Assembly (NCBI GenBank): GCA_043228905.1
Contig: JBHGNT010000007.1
Span: forward strand, 310,001-374,000
Direction: 5' to 3'
Origin: Azolla caroliniana
Taxonomy: Eukaryota > Plantae > Polypodiophyta
DNA: 64,000 nt
The notes below the pieces were generated by a model that saw nothing but the letters and a program-made list of their open reading frames with translations, was not told where the DNA came from and searched no databases. Within the stretch, counting starts at the first letter, position 1; every line of letters starts with the position of its first letter. A program made the position numbers and the translations under genes. Positions 1-15,059 of the stretch are shown here, piece after piece.

Positions 1-1499
1 CTAGTTTTTGTAATTAAAAAAGTTGATTCTGTGATCAGTATACATATAACATATCTTTGTTCAATTGGTGAGACTGCATCAACTGATGGCATGGAAAAAA
101 GACAAAGTGTTATTTTACAATGGAGGAAGCATATATAAAAAAATATGAGGACAGGTGGGAAGCACAATAATGTTGGATTGTAAATGATGCTAAATTAACA
201 GCAAACACTGATGCATTAGAAATCTACGAGGAAACTGGAAACCCTGATATAGGAATCTCCCCAAGTGAGATCTCAGTCAATTCCTTGATTTCCTAATTTC
301 CCTTGTGAGTTTATCTTGCTGACTTTCCCCTTGTTTGACACTCCCTTCAATGGCCCATGAATTCCAACCCCCCTCATTAACCATTGCTTTCTTCCAGATG
401 TCCTCAATCTCTACTCTGCCTGGCTGCCTTCATATCCTGTCCAAAACCTCAGGGGTCTTCACGTTATCCTTGAGTATGCTCATAAAACAAGCTATGTCTA
501 TGCCTCGAATCTACTCTGTTAATTGTTTTATCTACATTTTAAATATCCTTCATGAATAATTCTGTACAGCTTAATTTGATTATTCATTTTGTGAACCTTC
601 ATCTGTTGATGTTAGTGCGATAATATAAATATTACAAAACGGATCGTCAAGGCTATATTAATCAAGTTGGTAATTATCCATTCAATGAATGTGTAACTCG
701 AATGGTGAGAATTACATTTGTAGCTTATGTTTTCATTTGCATTTCATTCCTCTCCTTTCACATATTTATATTCTGCTTACTTTGGAGTGGTGTTTCTATC
801 TTTTCTGTTCACAAGCTTATTTGTGCTTATGAATGAACAAAAAACAGAGTGTAAACGGATTGCTTTGGCACCATATAATTGCAGAATGATGCTATTTAAC
901 AGTTCCAAGGTTGATTAGGCCAGATGGTTGCAGCGTAGATAATCTGTGACCGTATCCAAACTTATTGAAGGGAAATATTTATTATATTCTAAACAACTTA
1001 ATACTTGTACTTCTTAAGGATCACATAATCTAAATGTGTACATTTTATGTTTTTTGATGGGCAAGCCGCCCTTTGAATTTTGGTTAATCTAGGATGTATC
1101 CTATTAGGGCATGGAAATTGGAATCCAATAATTCGTCCTAACGTCATAATACTTGATTGGAAGCTTATAGAAGTCAAAGGGCCAGGTTTGGCTGTGTTTT
1201 ACTGGTGAATTGTGATGGTGAATGGAACATTTTAATGGGTATTGATCATATATATGATTATCTTTGACTGATGCACCAGTCTTGTTTCAGATATTGACAA
1301 GATTGGATTTGATTTCAAATTCAACATTCTCCTGGTACCTGTTATTGGGAGGGAAGTCTTTAATGTTTCAAAATTGACTCCGACACGAAATAACCTAAGA
1401 AAGATCACCTCTGGTAGGTGTTTCTTTTGAATTCTTAAATCCTTTAATTGAACTTTATGTATTTCAATGATCACTCTGATAGGTTGGTTTTCTGGACAG

Positions 1500-4400
1500 G
1501 AATTGAACAGGATGAAGCCTCTCCTCATTACAATGCAAGCATTTTAGAGGACATGGGCATACAAGCCCACAGTTCATACTTACTAGCTGCAATTACACAA
1601 CGTAATATGCTCAGAGATGCCATTTTGCTTTTAAAGGTGTACAGAATTGTTTTAGCATTCCTTCACGTTTTTATTCTCTGTTCCACTTGTTTTCATGGAA
1701 GCTATTTTTTTGCAATAGGTCTGGATGCAACAGAGAGGATTTATCGATATGCCAGATAGTTTTAATGGCTTCCTCATGTCAATGCTATTAGCACACTCAA
1801 TAAATTCTGGGGAATGGAATATTGCAAGCAACATGAGTTCTCTCCAGGTTTTTAGGATTTGCATGGAAATTTTAGGTAAGTTTTATGCATTCTAGTTGAC
1901 TTTTTAAATTTTGTTTGTTGCCCATATGTATGCTTCAAACATAATTATTAGAGAAATAATGTGTAAAATAAGAGGGTAAAATGGCCATTATTATGCTCGG
2001 ATATTTCAATATTATAGAAGGTTAAATACTGTAAATCTGAAATTTCGAATATCATGGTGTCTATGAAAAATACAATGCACTATATTGCTTTTCTTTGAAG
2101 TAAAACGTAAATCTCCATGTTTATCAACATGTAACGATTCCCCTCTGGATGTCACCTTGCCAAGCTAGTGGGATTTCACCACGGTTTCTTGATAGATATA
2201 AAATGGTTCTATAAATTCTGAAGAGAATCATCACCTTCTTGTGAATGGTGGTATGAGTGCACATGTCAGCATGTGGACGGATTGCAAGCTTGTGGTTGGA
2301 TTTTATGTACTTGGTGACTCTAATCATAGGTGTCTCTATCTTGAGATTTATAATCCCTAAAGCAGATTCTAGCAACTTGGTAATGTCCTGTAAAGAGCAG
2401 TTTGGTTCTTGATGTCGTGAGGACTTATCATATGGGGGAATAATAGCTGGCTAGCTAGGAAGATTGATCCAGATAAAAACTTCGAGGGATCTGCTAGTAC
2501 TGATCTCTTTTGTCATACATGGCCTATTCAGACCTAACAAGAGATTACATTTAGTAATGTGCGTCATGTTGTGGAACAGGCCAGTATGCATATGACGGAG
2601 TTACTTGATATTGCTGTTACCTAAATACTGTAAACTTACTTGGACTAAAGTTTATCCTTAACAATATCTCTTTCATGGGTGTATCCCAGATACAGAGATC
2701 TGTTAAGTGGGGAAATCACCTCAAGGTTTTTGCTGATAATGGCCTCAGTTGTATTTAAAGAAGGTTTGTATTGTTAGCATGGGGCGGAGGGGTGATGGTG
2801 GTAAAGAAGGTTGTGATTGTCCTTTTCAAATGAGGTTTTGTGGATATGTTGTTCAAACAACTTATTTCTATCTCTCTTGATTCTAACAATAACAGTCCCT
2901 AATAATGATGGTCTTTGTACTCCATTATCTTGTAAAGGGGTTCGAAGCCTTGTTTTAATAGGCAATGGTATCCCCTGTTATTTCATTAGAAACAGTAACA
3001 CAGCATTCCTATGATGACACAATTGTCAGATTCATTCTTCCATAGCTTTGCAAGACATGCATGTGTACCTGTCTCAATTTCTAACTGAGTGAAGAGGCCC
3101 TGCTCTTCCCTTACCGCAGAATGCATGCAAGAGATATGTATCCAGTGGGGCTGATCCCTGCTCTTTCATTAACCAATTTTAATGCCATCTGTGTGGATCA
3201 CTGTATTCTTTTCTGGTTTGTTCATGTCCAACTTTGGACAATGAAGCCAGGGGATTGTGGATTTGTAAATTTCAGCATACTGATAATGATACTCTGTTTC
3301 ACCGTCTTGGACGTGAATCCTTCCTAAGATGGGTGGGATTACAACTCCTTGATAAAAAAATCTCTACATGAAATAATGTAATGGACATTTGTGCTCACCC
3401 TTCTTGGTGGAGATTTGCGGATGAAACTGAAATTAGCACGACTTGTATTGGTTCCCTCACGTGTCTTGATTGTATTGCTTTTATTGCCATCATTTTTTGT
3501 TTTGTCTGCTTAACAATTAGCCCGTTTATTTGACAAATGTTTCCAATACATCAAGGGTCACTGTTACCTCCCCTTTGGAGGAACACCCTCTCGGTTACTA
3601 CGTCTGAGTAACTGGATCAAGGTAATTGTGGTAGTAAGGAGGGAAGGGACTTCGGATCATCCTGTCGGCTGTACCCTTAGCTGGATACGGGAGTTAGGGG
3701 AGGTAACTCTGCCCTGATAAATTCCCCGGTGACTCTCTCGGTGGATCCCCGAACTTATCTGATCTGCACGGTACTCGGAGATGTAGACCGCTCTTAGAAC
3801 TTTGCAAAGAACGCAGGAATAGGTACTCCGTCGAATTGGCCACAACCAATTACAGGTCTCCGAATACACAATACACGAATGCCAACCATATGACACAAAA
3901 ATGAACACACAGGGTTTACCCACAAGAAGACTAGTATATTAATGATACACTCTCATACAATTACCGATCCACCGCCGGTACAGCAGTGCTCACCTCCCTT
4001 GTACAATCTCTCTTTTACACACAGTCCCCCCTTTCCCTTGTTCCTATTTCCTATCATCTAAGGTAATGCAAGCAATGGGTCAGAGTGATTTTCCTTCTGG
4101 CCATCAATTCTATGTGTTCCATATACCATAGCATTGCGCATATCAAAGTGATCTATAATTACTGATCCTGAGCAATGTTGCATTGGGCACTCCCAAATCT
4201 GTTCCATTTTAGTCATTGATCAGATTAATGCCTTGGTCACTGTTGAGTCTGCTCTAATCTCAGCCTACATTACATCATTGGTATTGGTGCTTGTTTTTTT
4301 AAACATGCGAGCAACCATCGAGACTAAAGGTCTCCACACTTCTCTCCAGTTCTCTGCCTTATGGAGCTTTGGTCCCCAAGTCTCTGCTATGTGGAGAAGA

Positions 4401-7400
4401 GTTGGTGGAACAAGTGTGATCAGATGACCAAGACTTAGATTGTGGTTGTTAGAACTGTATATGTACATCGTATTTTAAAGACACCAAGGGCTGCATATCC
4501 ATGATAATTGAGCACTGTCAGCCTTGCATAGATGAAAGAACATATCAGAGTTATGTTAATTTCAATACATGGATAATTGAATGTAACAGTCTTGTTATGA
4601 GAATTAAAACTATGCTAAAATCTATGGAATTGTACTAGGTCATGAAGCTTATAATATAGGAGCATGTGAGCCCTTCCTTTCCTTGCTTCTTAATAAACTC
4701 TCTATGGTGATGTAATTCCATGAGAGCTCATTAATTACTTCTTGTTACTCCTACCTTACTGATAACTAACTAAAATCCAACTTTGAATAAGAAATTGTAT
4801 CCTCTTATTTTTTTAGGCATTTGCATATGTAATATTCTTAATTCGAGGTACCATATTATAAGATCTAGGCTGCTGTAAAGTTTTTCCAGTTCTAATATCT
4901 AGAGTATGAGAAGATGACGTGGCATGACCAGGCATGTTTACATTTCTTATGCTCTCAAACCAGTTCTGAAGCATGCAGTATGTTTTCTGTTTAATATCTA
5001 TGGACTATTTGTGTGGGCAACTCTTTAAGTGTTATTTCTACATGACTTGTATTTCATGAAAGTCAAGTAGAATCTGCTCATTTAAGTGAACTTTTGCTAC
5101 CCTGTTCAGCTGGAGGACGCTTTTTAGAGAAACCAATGTTTTTGAAGTCCCCAACCTCTAAACTGGATAAAGAGGTATATTTTCCCATCATTGTTATGGG
5201 GTATGATAGTTCATAAATTTGAATATGTTATCCTAACATGATGCCTTTCAATCACAGGATAGGAAAGTTTATTCTCAACATTTTCATGCAGTTATTCTTG
5301 ATGATATTTTGTGTAATATGGCATTCCGTGTGACTAGAAATGCATTAGAGGAGGTTAGAATCCACGTTTTTCCTCTTTGAACCACATATTTTTAAATATT
5401 TGGTCGATACAGCAGATTTCAGAAAGGTTTTCTGTTTTATATTGATCATAGATCAAAGATGCAGCCAGCAGCACTCTCGAGGCTATGAAAAATAGTATGG
5501 ATTTGGGTTTTGAAGAAGTATTCATGACTGCTGTAGATTTTTCTACCAAGTTTGACTACCATGTTAGGTATGTGCATACCATGTTAGTTTCTGTTTCTAG
5601 AACAAAATATACCATTGTGTTTGTGATCTCAAATGCTAAATATTTGTACAGATTTATTGAAAAGTAGAAGTAGTTACTGGTATATGAAGAAGAAAACAAA
5701 ATAACAAACCAGGCTGAATGCTAATAATTCCAAAATATAAGTTATACTGCTTAAGTTTTTGTATTATTGTTTGGTTTTTCAGAATTTCTATGGATAATCA
5801 GGCATTGAAGGCAAAAGCTCCATTCTTCATAGATGAAGATAAATGCAGGGACATAGAGAAAGTGGTGGAAGACGTTCTTAAAAGAGGTTTATCTGACAGG
5901 ACGAGTGTAGTTCGTGTGTACAGAAGGGCATCATCTCATAGCTTTCTCATGAAAGAGGTAATCTCCATAAAAGCAGATTGGAAATATTCATGTTTCGGCA
6001 AGTGACTTATTGCTTTCCCTCTAATGTAACTCATGTAGGGTGTAAATGCAACCTGGAATCTACCGATCTTTGTTGGCATAAAGGCTAATAACTTCGAAAG
6101 TGCATATAGGATGGTTGATATTGGGCCTAGTGCAGATAATACAGATGAGGTAGGATCATTTTGTACATTAGGAAAAAAAGAACTATATAGGTTGAATTAC
6201 TGGATAGATTTGAATTTTGAGAAATATTCTACAGGCGATAAAATTTAGGTCATTTTGGGGTGAAAAAGCTGAGCTTCGTCGATTCAAGGATGGCACTATC
6301 AATGAAACAGCTGGTTGGCTCAAAATGAGGCTCATTTGATCATTCCATCATATCTATCACAAAATGAACTCATTATTGTGCCTTCTTTTATAGTTTGGGA
6401 ATGTGATTCTAGGCAAAGGCACCTCATCATCCAGAAGATTATTCAGCACTTACTTCAACGCCACTTATCTATTTCATCTGCTGATATCTTTATTTCCTCT
6501 GGACAATTGGACTTTGTTGTTATGGAAGGAACAAAAGGTCCACTTAGATGGCTGTATTTTAAACATTCAAAATATGTTTTATGACTGTTCGAAACTAATG
6601 ATTTTCATTTTCTTCATGAACAGATCCATCAGCGTCTGTTCCAAAACTGCTCCAGGCATTTGATATTCTCTCTAAGAAAATACGGGGTCTAGAAGAGCTT
6701 CCTCTGAAAATAACAAGCATTCAGCCTCTTCATGCAGGTAGCTATAGTGTTGTGAAGATAGGGTTTGATTGTATTATATATGTGAATCCAAATCTGAATA
6801 TAAATGTTAACATAGGAATAATAATAATAAATTCAATAAAATCTATATGTAAATATACATAAGGACACAAATATAAATATAATTATAGTTCAAAACCATG
6901 AAGATCCAGGTGATTACTATCAACTGTAAGATAGCTTTTTCTTTTGGTTATTTCTGTGGTTTCGTCATATAATCATATATTTGGAATTTATTTCTACTTT
7001 ATCTTACCTGTAATTTCAGAGTTGCATCCAAACATATAGTTTTTCCACTTTTATTTCATTTGTACGTTGCTTTTGTATTTCATTAACTTACTGTTCATTT
7101 TTCCTGATAAATGTGATCTAGGCTTTTTCAAAGGACTATGTCTTGGATTTATTCTTAAATTCCATCCTTTGTTTTTTAAGTCTTTCTATTTTCCAGAATA
7201 GTTTCCAAACTGTTATTCCCTTCACTTTGTTTATATATTCAGTCAGCTACAATTATTTTGAATTTCTTGGTCTTTCTCTTACATCTTAGCCACTCTCATA
7301 TTGTCAAATTCTGTGCTTGTATATTTCCATATTTATTATCATCAGAAATTAATCTACTCTCTGTTTTTAAAATATGTTCATTTTGATGATTTGTTTGTAT

Positions 7401-10400
7401 TAGTACCACTCAAAGTACTGGTCTTATTGCATTGTAATTTTACTTACTGCTATGGAAATGGTCGGACAGCTTTTAGGCATTCAGCTGTTTTTCCTCCCAA
7501 GGTAAACTCATTGGCTGATGAGAGACCAAAGGGAAAGTTATCGCATGAATGGATTGCTTCTTGTACTGACCCTTGCGATATTATGATACAGGTATGATAT
7601 CTGAGAAAGTTCTCTTTTTGTTTATCTTTAAGTTGGTAATAAAGTTCCCTTTTCCTTGGATATGTAGCTGGAAGGATCAGGAAGATGGCCTACGAATCAG
7701 GAAGCTATAGAAAAGATGAAGCTTGCTTTTTGTCTGCAAATAGCGGACAGGTTTGGCAGGATTTTGAGATATATGAGGTCTATCTATTGCTGGTAGCTTA
7801 TGCAATTTCTAATTAATAATGGCCTCTTTTTTGGTATAGCATGCAACGCCTCCATGATATTAAGTGCGTGGCTTCAGAACACTCTGTAGACTTGTTGATG
7901 CATGGATTTTGCTTTCGGCTGAAGGTCTATTATGATAAAGATTTGACTTTGGTCCAGAAAAGGAAGACTAAGGCAGACAGTTTAAAGGAGACAACCCATT
8001 TGCCTGAAAAAGATACAGATTTTTTGCACATTCTACGGAATGACTTAATGCTAAACAATCTTCATGCAAGTATGCTAAGTGGTTTACAGGGTCGGTATCC
8101 AATATATGGTCCAACAGTAAGGTGCAGTTTCACAATTGCTTCAAGTATGAGAGTTGTGGTATTTTTGCTTAGAAATCTAAAAGACGTTTATGATTACAGG
8201 CTAGCAAAGCGCTGGATAGCATCACATATGTTCTCTGATGTTCTTCGCGAGGAAGCAGTAGAATTGTTGGTTGCATATCTTTTCCTGAAGCCAGCACCAT
8301 TTGCCACACCCTTATCACGGATCACTGGTTTTTTGAGGTATAAATGTTTCACACTGGTCATTCACAGTGTAATAACTTGTAATGTTCAAATAAATTTATC
8401 CTGTAAGAGAAGACGCATCAGAAACTTAATCATCCTTTAATGTTTGAAAATATATCGAAAGGTACACTGTCAATATTTAAGGCTGCGTCCTTAGAAAACA
8501 GTTGATTAGCAATCTGTTGATAGATTACATGAACAGTTTGATTTTATGAGTTGCTATTCTTCCGCATCTCTCCATCGCCACATTCGTTCCATCATATTTT
8601 GTCCTTGCCTTCTCTCTACAATCTCATATTATCATGAAGCCTATGAGTGAGTTAGTCAGTATTTCTGCCATACCACTTATGATGAGAGATTTCATCTCTT
8701 GATGCTTGCATTGCAACGACTTTTTGGCAACACATGTTAGTCTGTTTGTAAATAGATAAGCCTGCACAAATATTTGACAAGTCGATTGGCATTTAGTGCG
8801 CTTATTGAAACGTATACGTACATAAATTCCTGTTCTATAAAGAGAAAAGTCAGTCTACTTATGAAGAGTAATCAGAGGCTAGTAATTTATTTACCTATAG
8901 TCTCTTGATGAAGTTTAATTGGAGGTTGGAATTCATTTGTATGAATAAGAGGTTATCATTCATCTGTAAAATTGTGATTAAAACCCTCATAGTGCTACTG
9001 TTCGAATTCTGAGGCCTATATGAAGATTTCTTAACTGGAACAGTTTCCTCATGGTGCAGCAAAGGTATAATGATATTTTTTTCCGATTCTGCAAGGTTAA
9101 AAAATGGCATGCATATGATCAGAGGAATGCAGTATTTTTTCGTCTTTTCATAAAATTCAACAATTTTACCCAATTTCTGTCAAAACTACAGTCTTAATAA
9201 CTATTTAATTTTTATGTAAGCTGATAAGATATCCACACACTTGTAAAAATTAGAAAATACAACTGAACTATGGTGCTCAATGTATGCAGATCGTTGTCAA
9301 GAGATCAAGTATGTTCCAACTTGATATTTTTTTGAACATTTATGAGTGATACTCTATTGGGTTTAGAAAATCAGTGTAAAATTAACAGTTCCGCATAATT
9401 TATTGTGTCATTTTTCCTTGTAGTGAATGTATAATTCTTTTTTATCTTCTGCTACTATGCATTTATGATACTATGATATTTAATCTAGTTCTAAACAATT
9501 AATTCAGAAAAATAGTATGATATTTGTGATCTAGTTTTGAGGAATTAGAACCAGTTGCTTATTTGTTGCATTTGATTCTCCTTGGCTGAGTTGGATACTG
9601 TTGTTTTTCAGATTTTTGCTATTGATTAAAAATTATGATTGGGCTCTTTCCCCACTCATCGTGGATCTCAATGGGGACTTCACTTCAAAGGAACTTAACT
9701 TAATATTGGTATGTTGTTGATTGTCTTATTTATTTTGTGACATGCAGTCATTTATTTATTTTTATCAAATATAACATAAAATTGCAGAGTAATATTGAGC
9801 TTAAATTAATAGTTATCATTCTGACTATGCACTTATTTCAATATTTAACCTCATAACAAAATTGTTATATGTTTATTAGGATGAGTTCCATCGTGTGAAG
9901 AACCAAGAGTCTTCAGATGTGGTACAAAATGTCAGACGACAGGGTGCAATGTACATAGCAACGCCTTATGATATGAAATCTCTAACGTGGACAGCTATGT
10001 CTCCAAATTCCATGGTAAGATCAAACTTCAGAATGGACTTTCACGAAAAGGGATATCACTAATTCTGTGTTGTTTGCAGATGGTTAAAAGGCTTGCCACA
10101 TATGCCAGGACGTCTGCTGAGTTATTGATTAAGCTATTGAAGGGCGAAACACCAGAAAAATGGCCTGTAAGATTAACTCTTATTGTAACATCTATTCTAA
10201 AGGTTAAAATGGTCATCACCTGATCTTGTAGATTATTCTCATGTTTGTGTAGAGGTAGGATGCTTCTAAGGATTCTCCTCCTAGTAGTAGACTTATAGAA
10301 TGGATGGCCATAAATACAACTCAATCATCTTGCACATATGTCTAGGTACACCTTCTTGTAGGGTTGCAGCCATTGGTATTTCCTTTTGAAGAGTTTCCTG

Positions 10401-11196
10401 TACTTTCAAAAGCATGTGTTCATAATATTCTTGTTTATGGTAATATTTTCATGTGAACAGTCTCTCTTCCATACACCCTTAAATCTCTACGACATCATAT
10501 TGAGAGTTCGGCCGAGTAAGATACCTTATCCACTGAGAGTGCTGTTTCCTCAAGATATAACTGCAGCAGGTAAGTTGGCTCCAGAGCTTTCTTACATTTT
10601 AGGTAATCATACAGTTTCTAATGGGTATTTCTTGATTCATGACAGCAAAAGTGGTAGTTAGATCATCTGATGATGGTTTTACAGCTTGGTATCCTGCCTC
10701 TGCAATACGTGAAGGACATATTGATGTTGAGAAACAACTTTATATTGGTTTTGATCCAACACAATGTCTAGTACAAGATTTGAAGGTTGGTGTAAACTTA
10801 ATGTGGTTATAATTGAATGGTTATGGGCATTTCATATCAAAGCATTATGGAATTAAATGTTTGTAAACCAATCACTTTCTAACTTCACTTTTTTCTGCTG
10901 GATCTTATCCTCTCTAGGGCAAGTTTGGTGATCTATTCAGTTACTGGTATGACAATATTGGGAGTACGACCCTGGCAATGAATTGGAATTTGAGTGACGT
11001 GAGTTACTCTCCCACCTGGTGATTTTTTGTTGCATTTCATTTAATAAAGAGTGCATTCTACATCCAAGTCTGAAGGTAGCCATGTTTGTAGGCGGCTGCT
11101 AAAAAGAGAAAGAGGACAGAGGAGCAGGAAGAAATATTGATTGAAATTGGAAAAATGGGTGAGGGTTTCATTGAGAGTGTGCATGTCTTGGCATGA
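1500..11196 (+). CDS. NOL6: Nucleolar protein 6 / Utp22 / Nrap-family gene, 3' part (5' exons lie upstream of the window). Exons approx: 1500-1636, 1719-1875, 5110-5174, 5258-5353, 5452-5567, 5783-5957, 6039-6149, 6235-6313, 6394-6537, 6624-6737, 7470-7591, 7668-7750, 7840-8121, 8200-8337, 9612-9708, 9880-10014, 10080-10166, 10461-10569, 10646-10785, 10918-10998, 11092-11196
   Basis: GT-AG bounded exons carry Nrap motifs in order: SPHYNASILED...ILLLKVW, KFRSFWGEKAELRRFKDGTINETA, LEGSGRWP, YGPTVRLAKRWIASH, GFDP, and C-terminal IGKMGEGFIESV. TGA at 11194-11196. Confidence 0.9.
2700..3050 (+). mobile_element. Highly decayed LINE RT-like remnant in NOL6 intron
   Basis: ORF 2817-3014 (VLWICC...NDGLCTPLSCKGVRS) loosely resembles the LINE RT WI..C...NG...KGVRQG block. 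Weak. Confidence 0.25.
3562..4023 (-). mobile_element. LTR-like segment (probable solo LTR) in NOL6 intron
   Basis: TGT...ACA ends, CpG-richer than the flanks, near-TSD GTCAC (3557-3561) / GTCCC (4024-4028). The right flank could alternatively be a PPT on the - strand. Confidence 0.45.
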
Positions 11197-12780
11197 CCAT
11201 ATCTTAACAATCCTGATCTGAAGATATCTGAAGCAGCACTTCCGTGGTATCTTAGAGAAACTACCAAGTGAAGTTTTAAAGCAAAGGTTACAGGTTACAG
11301 ATGATGAATGGACAAAGTCGGAAGTCAGCTGAAGCATCGGCTTTTGATAGCACTGGTTGATAACCTAAATTTGTAAGAAAACCACGGTGCTATTGCTGGG
11401 TCCATCAAAATAAATCCATTTCAATCTTTAATATAGTTTTCTGGTGTAACTCAATGATGTACACGTTGATAATATCTTGAGCAGAGTTATAAATCAAGAA
11501 TGGAGATATAATGCATGAAAAATCTCAACTTGAAACTGCGTATCAATTTTGAACAACAGTGTCATACATGAAGCTGAATGAAGGCACATCAGAGGGTTAT
11601 TACCCAAATGTTTGGAGATGCTACCATGCCTTAAACAATAATATTTTAACCTGTTACTCTATCAACACCATTCATTCTTACAATTTCAAAATTAAAAGTT
11701 ATTTTCAATCCTGGAGAACTCAACTCGGATATTCATGTAATGAGTTGAAAATGTTAATTTATTAAGTTGTCATTGAACAACTATGGGTGCGTCAGTTTGT
11801 TGGTATGATGTTCTGCAATTGATGCATGTATCTGTTGCCAATTTATGTATGAAATTAACTGATCTGTGTCAAACAATCTCCCATTAAAAAATCAAGAGCT
11901 ACTGTGTTTCAAGAGAATCAGTGGGCATCTTTACTCGATACCTGTATTGTCTTATTGTTTTTTGGTAAACTGTATACCATGCTTGTGGTGCTCAGGAAGC
12001 CAATAGGACCCATGGGGTTAAGAATTATTATAGAACACTCTCCACGGCCATGCAGGTGGGTATTTTTAAGTGGCAGAATAAAATGAAACATCAATATTAT
12101 TACTTTATCTAATAGGTTAATGTCACTATTTACATATTAGAGAGGCAAATTCATGGAATTTACCTGAACTAATAGGTAAATGCCATGAGTTTGGCTGTGC
12201 TGCTGTAGAGAGGCAAAGACCATGCAATGTCGCCAGTACTGATTTTGTTTCTTTAGCAATTATTGAAGGCTAATCATACCTAATGTTCTCACATGTGATG
12301 CATTCTGAATTGATAATGTTCTTTTTATGCCCTCTTTTCGCTTCAATGTCAGCATGCATGCGACAGTGATGATGCATATTGCTCTCTTGAGCGTCTATAT
12401 GCAAATGTGAGTTTGAATATGAGCGTGTTCAGTGGTATACAAACCTAGGTATGTGTTGGGTCCTCCATTGCATATGGAGGATTTCCAATATGGCTTATAT
12501 GTGGCTTTTCTTCATCTCTATCACACTCTTATTTCGTGTATGTGCCCATCCAAATATTCTTTAAGATGGCTACTTTATAAACATTTTTTATATCTTTCAT
12601 ATACTAGGATGAAATAAATTTAGTTTTTGTGTTCTTTTGTTTTGTGCATTCATGGAGGCTAAAAGAGTTTGCCAATAAAATGGAATATAGGGATCAAATT
12701 TGCCTTTGGAAAGCCATGAGGATGACAAGATTTTGTTCTTGGTTCCTAAATGGTGGCACATAAGCTTTTGGTATATTGCA

Positions 12781-13062
12781 TTCATTTCATTTCACATAAC
12801 CTAATCCACACACCTAGGTATGCACTATGCATGCATTAATATTCATGCTCTAACATTCCATCTGTTGGATGTGTTGAAGCAAACAAATATTCTCAAATTT
12901 ATATCATGTGAGTGTGCTGGTTTCATTTCATTTCACATAACCTAATCCACACACCTAGGTATGCACTATGCATGCATTAATATTCATGCTCTAACTTTCC
13001 ATCTTTTGGATGTGTTCAGCAAACAAATGTTCTCAAATTTATATCATGTGAGTGTGCTGGTT
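12781..13062. repeat. Tandem duplication, 2 x ~141 bp
   Basis: TTCATTTCATTTCACATAACCTAATCC...GTGAGTGTGCTGGT starts at 12781 and again at 12922, with few mismatches. Confidence 0.9.
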
Positions 13063-13409
13063 TCCTTTCTTCTAGTTAGTCACATTTTGAATGTGTCAGT
13101 GTGGTATTTGAAAATGCTTCCTCTTGACGATGTATCAACATGTGCAAGCTTTTAATTTTGAGTTTGCTTAAATTTGACCTTAGTCACCTTCACTACAAGG
13201 TCACTATGATGGAATGTACGTGTTTTATTTGAAAGAAATGGAGGCACAATGTAGAATACACCAAATTTATGGCATAGTCCAGACAAAGTAGTCGTGATAT
13301 AGTAAAATGCTTGATGGCAATTTTTCCCGATGCTTTCCCAAGGCTTATATACTTTATCTCCTAGTTTATGAAAAGCCGTGGTTGTCTTGCATTTGCATCT
13401 TATTGGTAG

Positions 13410-13865
13410 GTATGGGCCCGGTTCAATTTCTTTGCCTGGAAACCAAACCATTTATAGAAAAAAAAAACCAAACCCAACCGTTAATGAACTTAACCCTAAG
13501 CGACTTAACCCAAACCATTTAATAAAACGTAAAGTAAATCCGAATAGGCAAAAGTTCTTTTTCCAAAAAATACGATACTATATTAGTGTTAAGAAACAGT
13601 TTAGGGAAAAGTTGAAACCAAACCAAACTATTTGATCACAAATTTAAACCTAACCATTCAACTCTAATTAAATAAATAAATAAATAAATAAATATACATT
13701 AAATTAAATAAGTATTTAAGTCAAATTAATTTAAAATTTAAATAAATAAAAATATATTAAATTAAATAAGCATTTAAGCAGAATTAATTTAAAAATACAT
13801 TAAATTAAATAATCATTTAAGTTAAATTAATCAAATCAATAAAAATACATTAATTAAACCATTAT
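13410..13865. mobile_element. Probable DNA-transposon end (AAACC-motif subterminal region) followed by AT-rich degenerate repeats
   Basis: Clustered AAACCA/AACCG/AACCC motifs 13440-13655, then repeated ATTAAATTAAATAAG units 13670-13860. No partner TIR found. Confidence 0.3.
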
Positions 13866-15059
13866 ACACAATATTTGTGTTTCTCATTTGTGGCCATCAT
13901 GTTTTTAGAATTATGTGTACACTATGAATTTAACTCCATAATCTCGAAAACTCAATCATTGGTTTAGAATTTGTTAAAGAACGAAGTGAATGGAAGTTGG
14001 AACCATCTTCAAAATCTTTTGCTATCCTCCTTTGCATCCCTAGGTTACTTGCTTCAATGAGGCAATGATCTATATTCTTCTAACATGCCTTCTATTTTGC
14101 AAGACGACTTCTAGTCATTTAAAATATACAAGATAAATGCATGTAAGCATACTGTACTTGGGGACTTTCTAAATGTTGGGGTTGAATACATCAAAGATAT
14201 AGCCTTGATTCTTAAGAAACCATATACTAATGATAACATCAATCATATTGACTACCTTAGCATCACATTTTGAAACCCCTCGAAGACATTGGCAATGGGG
14301 TCTATAACACACACAAATTATTTAAACATTTAATACATATGCAAACAAATCTCTAATCTTCGTAAAAAAGGTTTTTAGCGTCTTTTTACAAGGCCTCCAA
14401 CTCTTTAACAATCGAAATGGGTTGGATATTGGATCTTTATGGACAATAGAGATATCACCCAACTAACTACATGGTGTTTAATTGACTTTTGCCATGTTTC
14501 AAACTCTTCATGTTTTCACCCAAATAAACTTTACATTCTTGAGGAATGCATATCTATATATGTCTTACGTTGTGAATGCCTCAAATAGGGGGGCAAATAC
14601 TTTGGCATGCGGGTCATTCGTTCTTATCATTACTTATTGGCTTTCACCTCATGGTGAGGTTTCCCACCTATAAATATGACGTATATATACCAACGAAAGG
14701 GGTAGCGTGTGAGACAACATTAGGCAAATATTAGTCTTTCCATGCTAATGATGTTGGACTTTCTCAGAAACCATGTGACGATGAACTAATTGTGTTATGC
14801 TCAACCTACATCCGGCGCATGCTTGCTTCTCGGACAATCAAGTATGTATGTATTCACTTTGGGATGCACATTCTTAGCTCTGTGTGGATATGTTAAGAAT
14901 CAAGATGGTTCTCCTCTATGTCATTCACTTGTTAAGTGTTTTTGTTATTTTACATCCATCGGAGAAGTGAAGTAAAGCTTTGTATAGAGCAGGGGATCTC
15001 GACATGATTAACGTTTTTTCCTGGGAAGAGTCAAGGTGTTGCTCTGCTTTGGAGCTCTC

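Noticed and set aside
1500-11196. U12 or non-canonical introns in NOL6
   Set aside because: All inferred junctions are GT-AG without the GTATCC U12 donor.
11194-11271. Stop-codon read-through extension of NOL6 (TGA-C then 24 open codons)
   Set aside because: A short open frame is expected by chance and the protein already ends at a family-like C-terminus. No conservation data.
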